Shown here piece after piece: positions 1 through 13,002 of a stretch of DNA of 64,000 bases; the first letter of the stretch is position 1; each line of letters opens with the position of its first letter. The stretch is from Macrostomum lignano (Eukaryota). Both the position numbers and the translations under genes were made by a program. The DNA is taken from the NCBI GenBank assembly GCA_002269645.1, contig NIVC01000065.1, positions 124,001 to 188,000 of the forward strand, given 5' to 3'. The notes under the pieces were generated by a model that was not told the DNA's origin, did no database searches, and saw nothing but the letters and a program-made list of their open reading frames with translations.

Positions 1-3000
1 CGCAGCACCTTGCGCTTCTTCTCGTCAGATAGGCGCTGCTCGCGCATCTTGTTCACCTGCGGATTTGGGTTGCCATGGCGACGGGTGAAGTTTTGTAGCT
101 TCTTAATTAGTGTTTCAGAGGCAAATTTTCGCCGAGGTCTTAAAACCGATTCTTTAAGGACGATTCTTAATGAGGGCTTCAGGGGCGATTCTTAATGAGA
201 GCTTCAGGGCGATTCTTAATGAGAGCTTCAGGGGCGATTCTTAATGAGGGCTTCAGGGGCGATTCTTAATGAGAGCTTCTGGGGCGATTTTTAATGAGGG
301 CTTCAGGGGCGATTCTTAATGAGAGCTTCAGGGCGATTCTTAATGAGAGCTTCAGGGGCGATTCTTAATGAGAGCTTCAGGGGCGATTCTTAATGAGGGC
401 TTCAGGGGCGATTCTTAATGAGAGCTTCAGGGCGATTCTTAATGAGAGCTTCAGGGGCGATTCTTAATGAGGGCTTCAGGGGCGATTCTTAATGAGAGCT
501 TCAGGGGCGATTCTTAATGAGGGCTTCAGGGGCGATTCTTAATGAGAGCTTCAGGGGCGATTCTTAATGAGGACTTCAGGGCGATTCTTAATGAGAGCTT
601 CAGGGGCGATTCTTAATGAGGGCTTTAGGTGCGATTCTTAATGAGAGCTTCAGGGGCGATTCTTAATGAGGACTTCAGGGCGATTCTTAATGAGAGCTTC
701 AGGGGCGATTCTTAATGAGGGCTTCAGGGGCGATTCTTAATGAGAGCTTCAGGGGCGATTCTTAATGAGGGCTTCAGGGGCGATTCTTAATGAGAGCTTC
801 AGGAGCGATTCTTAATGAGGACTTCAGGGCGATTCTTAATGAGAGCTTCAGGGGCGATTTTTAATGAGGGCTTCAGGGGCGATTCTTAATGAGAGCTTCA
901 GGGGCGATTCTTAATGAGAGCTTCAGGGGCGATTCTTAATGAGAGCTTTAGGGGCGATTCTTATTGAGGACTTCAGGGGCGATTCTTAATGAGGGCTTTA
1001 GGGGCGATTCTTGACCGGGGCTTCAGGGGTGATTATTGACCGGGACTTCAGGGGCGATTCTTGACCGGGACTTCATGGGCGATTATTGACAGGGACTTCA
1101 GGGGCGATTCTTAATCAGGGCTTCAGGGGCGATTCTTAATGAGGGCTTCAGGGGCGATTCTTAATGAGGGCTTTAGGGACGATTCTTAATGAGGGCTTTA
1201 GGGACGATTCATAATCATGGCATCAAGGCGATTCTTTTTCATTTTCGGTTGACTAATTTTGCACACCTGAATAGGCGCAATAGGACCTGCATCCTCCGCA
1301 GCAGCGGCAGCAGCTTTTTTATCCGCGGCCGCAGACAGAGCCGCAGTCGAACCGGATTTCCGCTTCGAAGCGGCGCCGCTACCACCTCCGCCGCCGCCTG
1401 CAGACGAAGACTCCTCGCTAGCTCTAGTCGCCGATTTTTTAGCCCCGGCCGACGCATTTCGACTTGTCGACGTTGCCGACGAAGGCTTCGATGATGATGC
1501 AGCAGGCGGAGGTGGCGCCGGAGCCGGCGCTGGCGCTGCTGGCGCCTCGGCAGCGGCTTTCTCGCGCTCCTTGTCCAGTATGGCGCGCACATCGCCTTGG
1601 CTAGCCGGAGGCAGCTTCTTCCAGGCTCGCATAACCGAGTCCCAGCCGATGCAGATGATTATCGGTGCAATGGCCTCGGTGGCTTTTTTGCGCACGTCGC
1701 CGCTACGGTCGGATAAGCAGGTGAGAATTGTTGGCAGGCACTCTTTGAAGTCTGCCGGCAAAGGCTTCTTGTGCGCCTGGTTGAGGGATAACATATAGGT
1801 AGGTATATTAGCAGATTCTTAACTAGGTAGCCAGGCAGATAGATATGAATAGCCAGGCAGATGGATATGAATAGCCAGGCAGATAGATATGAATAGCCAG
1901 GTAGATAGATATGAATAGCCAGGCAGATGGATATGAATAGCCAGGCAGATGGATATGAATAGCCAGGCAGATGGATATGAATAGCCAGGCAGATGGATAT
2001 GAATAGCCAGGCAGATGGATATGAATAGCCAGGCAGATGGATATGAATAGCCAGACAGGTAGATATAATAGCCAGGTAGATATGAATAGCCAGGCAGATG
2101 GATATGAATAGCCAGGTAGATAGATATGAATAGCCAGGTAGATAGATATGAATAGCCAGGTAGATAGATATGAATAGCCAGGCATGGATATGAATAGCCA
2201 GGCAGAGATATGAATAGCCAGGCAGATGGATATGAATAGCCAGGCAGATGGATATGAATAGCCAGGCAGATGGATATGAATAGCCAGAGCCAGACAGGTA
2301 GATATAATAGCCAGGTAGATATGAATAGCCAGGTAGATATGAATAGCCAGGCAGATGGATATGAATAGCCAGGTAGATAGATATGAATAGCCAGGCAGAT
2401 GGATATGAATAGCCAGGCAGATGGATATGAATAGCCAGGTAAGCTCAGAAGACTCACCATCAGCTTCTCAGCCAGCCAGCCCAGCAACTCAGCCCGCAGA
2501 AAAGGATTCTCTTTGCGCAAAGCTTCAACAAACAGGTCGCCTTCGGCTAATAACGCCAGACCGACCTGCTCGCACCAGGCGTTCAAAGCCTGACAGGCAA
2601 TCTGACGCTGCCTTGGCTTGGCATCGCTCATGCCGTTGAGCACAATGCCGGACACTATTGGCCGGTGCACAGCTGGATTCTTGGCGTGCCGTTTGCCTAA
2701 CGCGGGCGCCAGGGCTTCGCTAATCTCCATAGCCTGGCTGCACAGTACTTTGTTAGAATCGGCCAGTCGTTGTCGCAATCGTTCGGGTAATTCGCCAAGA
2801 TTTGAAGTGACTAGACGGCACTCGTTGAGTAGGGCGCGAACTTCGTCTAGGCCTTCTTTGCGAATCTTAAAAAAAATTTGGTAGTGCGCTTGTCAGCTTA
2901 CTGTTAGTAGACTATATGCGTAAAAACATTTATTAAAAAAGGATATAATTTTCAGTTTTAACCGATATGTATCGAAAATAGTAATTGGTTTCCTTAACTT

Positions 3001-6000
3001 TTGACGCTGATCAAAGAAAGTCAAAGCGTGCAATGACTCTCTAGTAGCGAATCTTGTCACGGGTTCAACAGGCAACGAGGAGGCAGAGAGGGAGGGAGAA
3101 GAGGAGGAGGGGAGGCAGAGCTCACCTTCCAATTAGAGTCGCCCAGCTTAGCTACAGTGGCATCAGTCAGCTTATCGGCCAGATCGACACGCGGCACCAG
3201 ATCTTCGACGCCGGCTGCGTCGTCTTCGTCGTCGTCTCCAGCGTCGGCATTGGCGCCTCCGCCAGCAGCGGCTTTGCCAGCAAACTTCCCAGAAGCAGCA
3301 GCAGCAGCGTGCTTCAATCCTCTAGTAGGAGCAGGCGGCTTCTTGTCTTTGATCTGTTCAATCTCCTGGTCGATCTGTTGCAGCAGAGCCGGTTTCTCGT
3401 CGGCTAGCAGGGAGCGCAGACTGTCGCCGATGTACATGTACAGGCTGACCGTCAGGCTAATAGCCGCCTGCCTAATCGCTGGATTAGTGGCGGCGAATCC
3501 TTGTCTCACATATTTAATAAGCTCTTTCGGCGGTATTCGAAGCCCGAACTCTAGCACAGATTGCGCTAGCCAATTCAAAGCTTCGGATTGGTTTTTAGGA
3601 TTTTTCAATTTGAACACCGTCTGGGCCAGCTGGACGCCAACGTAGTCTAGGGAGCAGGCCTCGGCGATGGCTGTCAGACAGGCCTTGGCCGAATCACCGA
3701 CTTTCGCGTCGCCAATTTTATCGTAGATTTCTTCTAGGCAAGCGTCGGCTGAGGTGCGGGTGAACTGGGCATTGGCGGCTAGGTAGGATAGGGTCTCCAA
3801 GCGGAGTTTCAGCACCTGTGGGGTTGTGCCGATTTTAATGGCGATTATTATAAGAAGCTTTTGCAACTTGCACTGTGCCATTACTTATGTTTCCTGACTT
3901 CTCACATTACAATAAACTTCAGTCTCCAAGCTTCACAATCCCCCAAGCTTCCCCAATCCCTAAGCTTCAAAATCTCACAAGATTCCGCAATCCCTAAGCT
4001 TCACAATCTCACAAGCTTCACAATCCCACAAGCATCCTCAATCCCTAAGCTTCACAATCCCCCAAGCTTCACAATCTCACAAGCTTCACAATCCCCCAAG
4101 CTTCACAATCTCACAAGCTTCACAATCCCACAAGCTTCACAATCCCACAAGCTTCCCCAATTCTTAAGCTTCACAATCTCACAAGCTTCACAATCCCACA
4201 AGCATCCCCAATCCCTAAGCTTCACAATCTCACAAGCTTCACAATCCCACAAGCCTCCCCAATCCCTAAGCTTCACAATCTCACAACTTCACAAGCCTCA
4301 CAATCTCCCAAGCTTCCCCAATCCCTAAGCTTCAAAATCTCACAAGCTTCCGCAATCCCTAAGCTTCACAATCTCACAAGCTTCACAATCCCACAAGCAT
4401 CCTCAATCCCTAAGCTTCACAATCCCCCAAGCTTCACAATCTCACAAGCTTCACAATCCCCCAAGCTTCACAATCTCACAAGCTTCACAATCCCCCAAGC
4501 TTCCCCAATCCCTAAGCTTCAAAATCTCACAAGCTTCCCCAATCCCTAAGCTTCACAATCTCACAAGCTTCACAATCCCACAAGCTTCCCCAATCCCTAA
4601 GCTTCACAATCCCACAAGCATCCCCAATCCCTAAGCTTCACAATCTCACAAGCTTCACAATCCCACAAGCATCCCCAATCCCTAAGCTTCACACTCTCAC
4701 AAGCTTCACAATCTCACAAGCTTCACAATCCCACAAGCCTCCCCAATCCCTAAGCTTCACAATCTCACAAGCTTCACAATCCCACAAGCCTCCCCAATCC
4801 CTAAGCTTCACAATCTCACAACTTCACAAGCTTCACAATCCCACAAGCTTCCCCAATCCCTAAGCTTCACAATCTCCCAAGCTTCACAATCCCACAAGCT
4901 TCCACAATCCCTAAGCTTCACAATCCCACAAGCTTCACAATCCCACAAGCTTCCCCAATTCTTAAGCTTCACAATCTCACAAGCTTCACAATACCCCAAG
5001 CTTCCCCAATCCCTAAGCTTCACAATCTCACAAGCTTCACAATCCCACAAGCTTCCCCAATCCCTAAGCTTCAAAATCTCACAAGCTTCCCCAATCCCTA
5101 AGCTTCACAATCTCACAAGCTTCACAATCTCACAAGCTTCACAATCCCACAAGCATCCCCAATCCCTAAGCTTCACACTCTCACAAGCTTCACAATCTCA
5201 CAAGCTTCACAATCTCACAAGCTTCACAATCCCACAAGCATCCCCATCCCTAAGCTTCACAATCTCACAAGCTTCACAATCCCACAAGCATCCTCAATCC
5301 CTAAGCTTCACAATCTCACAACTTCACAAGCTTCACAATCCCACAAGCTTCCCCAATCCCTAAGCTTCACAATCTCCCAAGCTTCACAATCTCCCAAGCT
5401 TCACAATCCCACAAGCTTCCACAATCCCTAAGCTTCACAACCGACACGACTTACAATTTTCACGCTTCACAATCCCCAAACCCCTTCTTTACAATCTCCT
5501 AGAAAGCAATACAATTATTATTAATGCAAATATCAAAATCTAAGTCTTCCCATACCTGAAAATTGTTATCCTTCAGGCCAGGCTTCACAGCGTTAGAGAT
5601 AACTCTAACAGCGGCCTGACACGGTATCTCTGATCCAATCTGATCATTCAGTTTAGTTTTAATCGCTTCCATCGCTTCTAAACGAGATTTCCAAGCTTTA
5701 CTCTCCAATTGTTCAACAATCTCCTTGCCAAACAGATTCGAGCAGGTCTCAACAGCAGTCTCATCCGATATGGTCTGCTCTGTAGGCAGCGAATCTCCCA
5801 GACCTGCGCCGCCACCGACGCCTTTCTTGCCTTTGTCAGTCGATGCGGCAGTTTTCTTCTTGGCAGCCGGGGGAGGCGCGCCAGGCCTCGGACCGCTAGT
5901 GCCAGTTTTTGACCGGCTAGCCGCCGTTCCGGACGCCGCGGAAGATGTCTTGGACAAGGAGGCCGCTGGCGCGGGTGCCGAAGAAGCAGCCTTTGGCGCT

Positions 6001-9000
6001 GGGGCGGTCGGTTTTGAAGCGGCGGCCGGCTTAGCAACAACCACGGCGTTAGCGCAGCATTCTTCGATTTTCTTCATCTTCAAGTCGTCAACGTCGCCGA
6101 GTAGGGGCTTGAAATTTGATTCGCCAATCACCTTCATTGCCGTGCCTAGGGCGGCGTAGCCGGATTCGCGTGTTTCCTGGAATGCGGGGACGGGGTGACT
6201 GTTTGTTGAATATGTTCATGCCTAGCAACTGGGGATCTGAGAGGTCAACTCAGCAACTGGGATCTGAGAGGTCAACTCAGCAACTGAGATCTGAGAGGTC
6301 AACTCACCAACTGAGATCTGAGAGGTCAACTCACCAACTGAGATCTGAGAGGTCAACTCAGCTACTGAGGACTTGGGAGGCTGGCCTAACAACTGAGGAT
6401 CTGAGAGGCTGGCCCAGCAACTGGGGATCTGGGAGGTCAACTCACCAACTGAGGATCTGGGAGGCCAACTCAGCAACTGAGGATCTGGGAGGCCAACTCA
6501 GCAACTGAGGATCTGAGAGGCCAACTCAGCAACTGAGGATCTGGGAGGCCAACTCAGCAACTGAGGATCTGGGAGGCCAACTCAGCAACTGAGGATCTGG
6601 GAGGCCAACTCAGCCAGGCAGTCTCACCTGATCCCGATCATCGATAGCCTTAAGCAGCGCTGCCACAAAGGGTTTCATAAGCTTCTTATTAAGAGCGCCA
6701 GGCTTAGCGGCAGCAAACTGTCTGGCTAATAGTTGGCAGGTTTCAATTTTAACGCCCGGAGCCTTGTTGCCAATAGCGGCAATGTAGTCCTCGGACATGG
6801 CCTCCAGTGTGGTGCAGCCGGCGGCTAAGTCGGCCAGTTCGCGCAAAGGTGTCACCACGTTAACTTTGCGTTCTTTGAATTTTTCTAACGCAGTTTTTAA
6901 ACAAGCGGACGCGTACGGAGTGAAGCTTTTCCTTAGGCCGGCGGCTAGCTGGGCCATGCACTTGGCTGACAGGGCCACCAGCACCAGGTTGCTGTCCTTG
7001 CCTAGCACTGTGCGCAGCTGGCTGAACAGCTCGCCATAGTCCGCCTTGGCCAGCTTGATTAAGCCGCCTTCCGGCACCTGGACGGTGGTGAGAGAGGGGC
7101 GACGGGATGGGATAATATTGGAGTGACTAGAATCGAAACCAAGAGTGACCAGAACGAATTAAAGTGACGAGTGACTAGAATAGAAACCAAGAGTGACTAG
7201 AAGGGAAACCAAGAGTGACTAGAAGGGAAACCAAGAGTGACCAGAAGAGAAACCAAGAGTGACCAGAAGAGAAACCAAGAGTGACCAGAAGAGAAACCAA
7301 GAGTGACTAAAAGGGAAACCAAGAGTGACTAGAAGGGAAACCAAGAGTGACCAGAAGAGAAACCAAGAGTGACTAGAAGGGAAACCAAGAGTGACTAGAA
7401 GGGAAACCAAGAGTGACCAGAAGAGAAACCAAGAGTGACCAGAAGAGAAACCAAGAGTGACCAGAAGAGAAACCAAGAGTGACCAGAAGAGAAACCAAGA
7501 GTGACTAGAAGGGAAACCAAGAGTGACCAGAAGAGAAACCAAGAGTGACCAGAAGAGAAACCAAGAGTGACTAGAAAGGAAACCAAGAGTGACTAGAAGG
7601 GAAACCAAGAGTGACCAGAAGAGAAACCAAGAGTGACCAGAAGAGAAACCAAGAGTGACTAGAAGGAAACCAAGAGTGACCAGAACGAATTAAAGTGACG
7701 AGTGACCAGAAGAGAAACCAAGAGTGACCAGAAGAGAAACCAAGAGTGACCAGAACGAATTAAAGTGACGAGTGACCAGAAGAGAAACCAAGAGTGACTA
7801 GAAGAGAAACCAAGAGTGACCAGAAGAGAAACCAAGAGTGACCAGAAGAGAAACCAAGAGTGACCAGAAGAGAAACCAAAAGTGACCAGAAGAGAAACCA
7901 AGAGTGACTAAAAAGAAAGCTGAGTGACCAGCAAGAAAACTGAGTGACAAGGAAAATCAGTAGCAAAGCAGAAAACATTTAAGCTCCACAGAGCCGCACC
8001 TGAGTCAGTTTATCGACCTCGTCAAGAGCTTCTTTTCTCTCCTGCCATTTCTTAGAAACAATCAAGTCGCCGAAGCCCTTGGTCAATTTACTGAGAACAT
8101 CGGTGGGCTCCAGAAACTCGTAGGGATCCACGGCGGCTGCCGCGGCGGTATCACGTCCGCTCACCCGGCACTTCAAAACTCCCCTGTTCACTCTCTCCAC
8201 TAACGCTCCCCTGTTCACTCTCTACTAACTTTACCCTGTTCACTCTCTCCACTAACTTTACCCTGGTCACTCTCCACTAACCCTCCCCTGTTCACTCTCT
8301 CCACTAACCCTCCCCTGTTCACTCTCTCCAATAACCCTCCCCTGTTCACTCTCTCCACTAACCCTCCCCTGTTCACTCTCTCCACTAACCCTCCCCTGTT
8401 CACTCTCTCCACTAACTTTACCCTGTTCACTCTCTCCACTAACTTTACCCTGGTCACTCTCTCCACTAACCCTCCCCTGTTCACTCTCTCCACTAACTTT
8501 ACCCTGTTCACTCTCTCCACTAACTTTACCCTGGTCACTCTCCACTAACCCTCCCCTGTTCACTCTCTCCACTAACCCTCCCCTGTTCACTCTCTCCAAT
8601 AACCCCTCCCCTGTTCACTCTCTCCACTAACCCTCCCCTGTTCACTCTCTCCACTAACCCTCCCCTGTTCACTCTCTCCAATAACCCCTCCCCTGTTCAC
8701 TCTCTCCACTAACCCTCCCCTGTTCACTCTCTCCACTAACCCTCCCCTGTTCACTCTCTCCACTAACCCTCCCCTGTTCACTCTCTCCACTAACCCTCCC
8801 CTGTTCACTCTCTCCACTAACCCTCCCCTGTTCACTCTCTCCACTAACCCTCCCCTGTTCACTCTCTCCACTAACCCCTCCACTGTTCACTCTCTCCACT
8901 AACCCTCCCCTGTTCACTCTCTCCACTAACCCTCCCCTGTTCACTCTCTCCACTAACCCTCCCCTGTTCACTCTCTCCACTAACCCTCCCCTGTTCACTC

Positions 9001-12000
9001 TCTCCACTAACCCCTCCCCTGTTCACTCTCTCCACTAACCCTCCCCTGTTCACTCTCTCCCCACTAACCCTCCCCTGTTCACTCTCTCCCCACTAACCCT
9101 CCCCTGTTTACTCCCCTCTCTCCCCTGACCCTTCCCGACTTCATTCTTCTCACCGACCCAGTTCTTACCTGTACATCTCAATAAGCAGCTGTTTAGTCTC
9201 GTCCCTAGTAACCTTGTCTCTCTCCTCCAGCAGTCTAGCAAACTCTTTCACAATTGGCTTGGGCTGAATAACGCCCCTACCAAATTGGCGTAACGCTTCG
9301 CGCAAAGTTTGAATTGACGCTTGAACAACTTTAGGCTGTTTAGCCTGTAGACCTGCTAGCAGGGCCTCCAGCACAATGTCCTGCTTTTCAATCTCTATGT
9401 ACATTAACAGGATTGACTGGGCTAGCTCTTTAGTGCGAGCTTTGGGCACGCCTAAGCACTTGGTGACCAGCAGCGGGCAGATTTCGCCAGCGGATCTGTG
9501 AGAGGATTAATTTTAAGTAACAGCATCACTATAGCGCAATATTATTATAGTTTAATCCCATCTGGGTCAGTTTAATCCCATCTGGGTCAGTGTAATCCTA
9601 TCTGGGTCAGTGCAATCCTATTTGGGTCAGTGTAATCACATATGGGTCAGTGTAATCCCACCTTGGTCAGTGTAATCCCACCTTGGTCAGTGTAATCCTA
9701 TCTGGGTCAGTGTAATCCCTTCTGGATCAGTGCAATCCCATCAGGATCAGTGTAATCCCATCTGGGTCAGTTTAATCCTTTCTGGGTCAGTGTAATCCCT
9801 TCTGGATCAGTGCAATCCCATCTGGATCAGTGCAATCCCATCAGGATCAGTGCAATCCCATCAGGATCAGTTTAATCCTTTCTGGGTCAGTGTAATCCCT
9901 TCTGGATCAGTGCAATCCCATCTGGATCAGTGTAATCCTATCTGGATCAGTGTAATCCCATCTGGATCAGTGTAATCCCATCTGGATCAGTGTAATCCCA
10001 TCTGGATCAGTGTAATCCTATCTGGATCAGTGTAATCCCATCTGGATCAGTGCAATCAAATCTGGATCAGTGCAATCAAATCTGGATCAGTGCAATCAAA
10101 TCTGTGGGTCAGTGTAATCCCATCTGGATCAGTGTAATCCCATCTGGATCAGTGTAATCCCATCTGGATCAGTGTAATCCCATCTGGATCAGTGTAATCC
10201 CATCTGGATCAGTGTAATCCCATCTGGATCAGTGCAATCAAATCTGGACCAGTGCAATCAAATCTGTGGGTCAGTGTAATCCCATCTGGATCAGTGCAAT
10301 CCCATCTGGATCAGTGTAATCCCATCTGGATCAGTGTAATCCCATCTGGATCAGTGTAATCCCATCTGGATCAGTGTAATCCCATCTGGATCAGTGTAAT
10401 CCCATCTGGATCAGTGTAATCCCATCTGGATCAGTGTAATCCCATCTGGATCAGTGTAATCCCATCTGGATCTGTGCAATCAAATCTGTGGGTCAGTGTA
10501 ATCCCATCTGGATCAGTGCAATCCCATCTGGGTCAGTGTAATCCCATCTGGATCAGTGTAATCCCATCTGGATCAGTGTAATCCCATCTGGATCAGTGTA
10601 ATCCCATCTGGATCTGTGCAATCAAATCTGTGGGTCAGTGTAATCCCATCTGGATCAGTGCAATCCCATCTGGATCTGTGCAATCAAATCTGGGTGGGTC
10701 AGTGTAATCCCATCTGGATCAGTGCAGTCAAATCTGGGTGGGTCAGTGCAATCCCATCTGGATCAGTGCAATCCCATCTGGATCAGTGCAATCCCATCTG
10801 GATCTGTGCAATCAAATATGGGTGGGTCAGTGCAATCCCATCTGGATCAGTGCAGTCAAATCTGGGTGGGTCAGTGCAATCCCTTCTGGATCAGTGCAGT
10901 CAAATATGGGTGGGTCAGTGCAATCCCATCTGGATCAGTGCAGTCAAATATGGGTGGGTCAGTGTAATCCCATCTGGATCAGTGCAGTCAAATACGTGTG
11001 GGTCAGTGCAATCCCATCTGGATCAGTGCAGTCAAATATGGGTGGGTCAGTGCAATCCCTTCTGGATCAGTGCAGTCAAATATGGGTGGGTCAGTGCAAT
11101 CCCATCTGGATCAGTGCAGTCAAATACGTGTGGGTCAGTGCAATCCCTTTTGGATCAGTGCAGTCAAATATGGGTGGGTCAGTGTAATTTCATAAAGTCC
11201 GAGCACTAATACAACAAATAAAACTTCATCTTACTTTCCCGCCACTTTGGCATTCTCAACAAATGCTAAGACAGCGCTGAGAGCAAACTCCTGAGCAACA
11301 GCGTTACTGTCGGAAACCATTTTCTTGAGCAGGCCCAGATAGGAGCTGAACTCCGGACTGTCATCGTCCAGACGACGGAACTCTTTCTCCGCCTCTTGAT
11401 ATCCGGCCTTTCTGGCGTCCCATTTCTGTGGGATTGTGTCAGGTTTTATAACAGCTTTTATTTACAGATATATCTGAATGTTCACCTATCTAAAGATACA
11501 TCAGATCTGAATGTTCACCTATCTAAAGATACATCATATCCGAATGTTCACCTATCTAAAGATACATCAGATCTGAATTTTCACCTATCTAAAGATACAT
11601 CAGATCTGAGTGTTCACCTATCTAAAGATACATCAGATCTGAGTGTTCACCTATCTAAAGATACATCAGATCTGAGTGTTCACCTATCTAAAGATACATC
11701 ATATCCGAATGTTCACCTATCTAAAGATACATCAGATCTGAATGTTCACCTATCTAAAGATACATCAGATCTGAGTGTTCACCTATCTAAAGATACATCA
11801 TATCCGAATGTTCACCTATCTATAGATACATCAGATCTGAATGTTCACCTATCTAAAGATACATCATATCTGAATGTTCACCTATCTAAAGATACATCAT
11901 ATCTGAATGTTCACCTATCTAAAGATACATCATATCTGAATGTTCACCTATCTAAAGATACATCATATCTGAATGTTCACCTATCTAAAGATACATCATA

Positions 12001-13002
12001 TCTGAATGTTCACCTATCTAAAGATACATCATATCTGAATGTTCACCTATCTAAAGATACATCATATCCGAATGTTCACCTATCTAAAGATACATCAGAT
12101 CTGAATGTTCACCTATCTAAAGATACATCAGATCTGAATGTTCACCTATCTAAAGATACATCAGATCTGAGTGTTCACCTATCTGAAGATACATCAGATC
12201 TGAATGTTCACCTACCTATAGATACATCAGATCTGAGTGTTCACCTATCTGAAGATACATCAGATCTGAATGTTCACCTACCTATAGATACATCAGATCT
12301 GAGTGTTCACCTATCTGAAGATACATCAGATCTGAATTTTCACCTATCTGAAGATACATCAGATCTGAATGTTCACCTACCTATAGATACATCAGATCTG
12401 AGTGTTCACCTATCTGAAGATACATCAGATCTGAGTGTTCACCTATCTAAAGATACATCATATCCGAATGTTCACCTATCTAAAGATACATCAGATCTGA
12501 ATGTTCACCTATCTAAAGATACATCAGATCTGAATGTTCACCTACCTATATATACATCAGATCTGAATGTTGACGTACCTAAAGATACATCAGATCTGAA
12601 TGTTCACCTAGCTATAGATACATCAGATTTGAATGTTCACCTAGCTATAGATACATCAGATCTGAACGTTCACCTATCTATAGATACATCATACCTGAAT
12701 TTTCACCTACCTATAGATACATCAGATCTGAATGTTGACGTACCTATAGATACATCATGTCTGAATGTTCACCTAGCTATAGATACATCAGATCTGAATG
12801 TTCACATAGCTATAGATATAGATGCATCAGATTTGAATCGATACCTACTTACACCCATCAAGTCATAGGCTCCATGTAGTGATGAAACCTGACTACAACT
12901 TATTACAATAAATTTCTAGAAATTTACTATAGTCATGCATACCTTGTGTTGGATCTTGTCCTTTGTGCCAAGCTTATTCCAATCATCAACTTCGTCTGTC
13001 AT
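1..13002 (-). CDS. CKAP5: CKAP5 / ch-TOG / XMAP215 / Msps microtubule polymerase, 5' portion (TOG1-TOG4 and the linker towards TOG5); continues beyond the left edge
   Basis: Hand-spliced GT-AG exons: 13002-12943 (MTDEVDDWNKLGTKDKIQHK), 11425-11235 (KWDARKAGYQEAEKEF..VSDSNAVAQ..ENAKVAGK), 9495-9169, ~8183-8000 (VDPYEFLE..KKWQERKEAL; acceptor uncertain), 7077-6628, 6176-5556 (KAWKSRLEAME), 3815-3126, 2865-2458 (NWK|IRKEGL), 1776-1267, 56-1 (VNKMREQRLSDEKKRKVL). Phases are consistent except at the exon 4 acceptor. The W-x-x-R motifs opening each TOG domain match the XMAP215 family. Confidence 0.96.
160..1212. repeat. 24/25-bp minisatellite, CKAP5 intron 9
   Basis: Unit CTTCAGGGGCGATTCTTAATGAGAG. 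Confidence 0.95.
1826..2440. repeat. 22-bp minisatellite, CKAP5 intron 8
   Basis: Unit GAATAGCCAGGCAGATGGATAT. Confidence 0.95.
3925..5440. repeat. 17-bp minisatellite with ~51-bp higher-order structure, CKAP5 intron 6
   Basis: AAGCTTCACAATCTCAC / AAGCTTCACAATCCCAC / AAGCTTCCCCAATCCCT subunits alternate. Confidence 0.95.
6222..6612. repeat. 28-bp minisatellite (dispersed family, variant unit), CKAP5 intron 5
   Basis: Unit CTGAGGATCTGGGAGGCCAACTCAGCAA. Confidence 0.92.
7120..7920. repeat. 22-bp minisatellite, CKAP5 intron 4
   Basis: Unit AGAAGAGAAACCAAGAGTGACC. Confidence 0.95.
8184..9125. repeat. 27-bp C-rich minisatellite, CKAP5 intron 3
   Basis: Unit CCCTCCCCTGTTCACTCTCTCCACTAA. Confidence 0.95.
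9550..11190. repeat. 20-bp minisatellite with polar variant gradient, CKAP5 intron 2
   Basis: Unit TCAGTGTAATCCCATCTGGA; GCAGTCAAATATGGGTGGG variants increase towards 11190. Confidence 0.95.
11465..12840. repeat. 30-bp minisatellite, CKAP5 intron 1
   Basis: Unit GTTCACCTATCTAAAGATACATCAGATCTGAAT-type, 30-bp period. Confidence 0.95.

Noticed and set aside
11396-12868. 490-aa plus-strand ORF (VHLSKDTSDL repeats)
   Set aside because: It is a 30-bp satellite whose unit lacks stops in one frame, lies antisense in CKAP5 intron 1, and has no real ATG or non-repeat domain.
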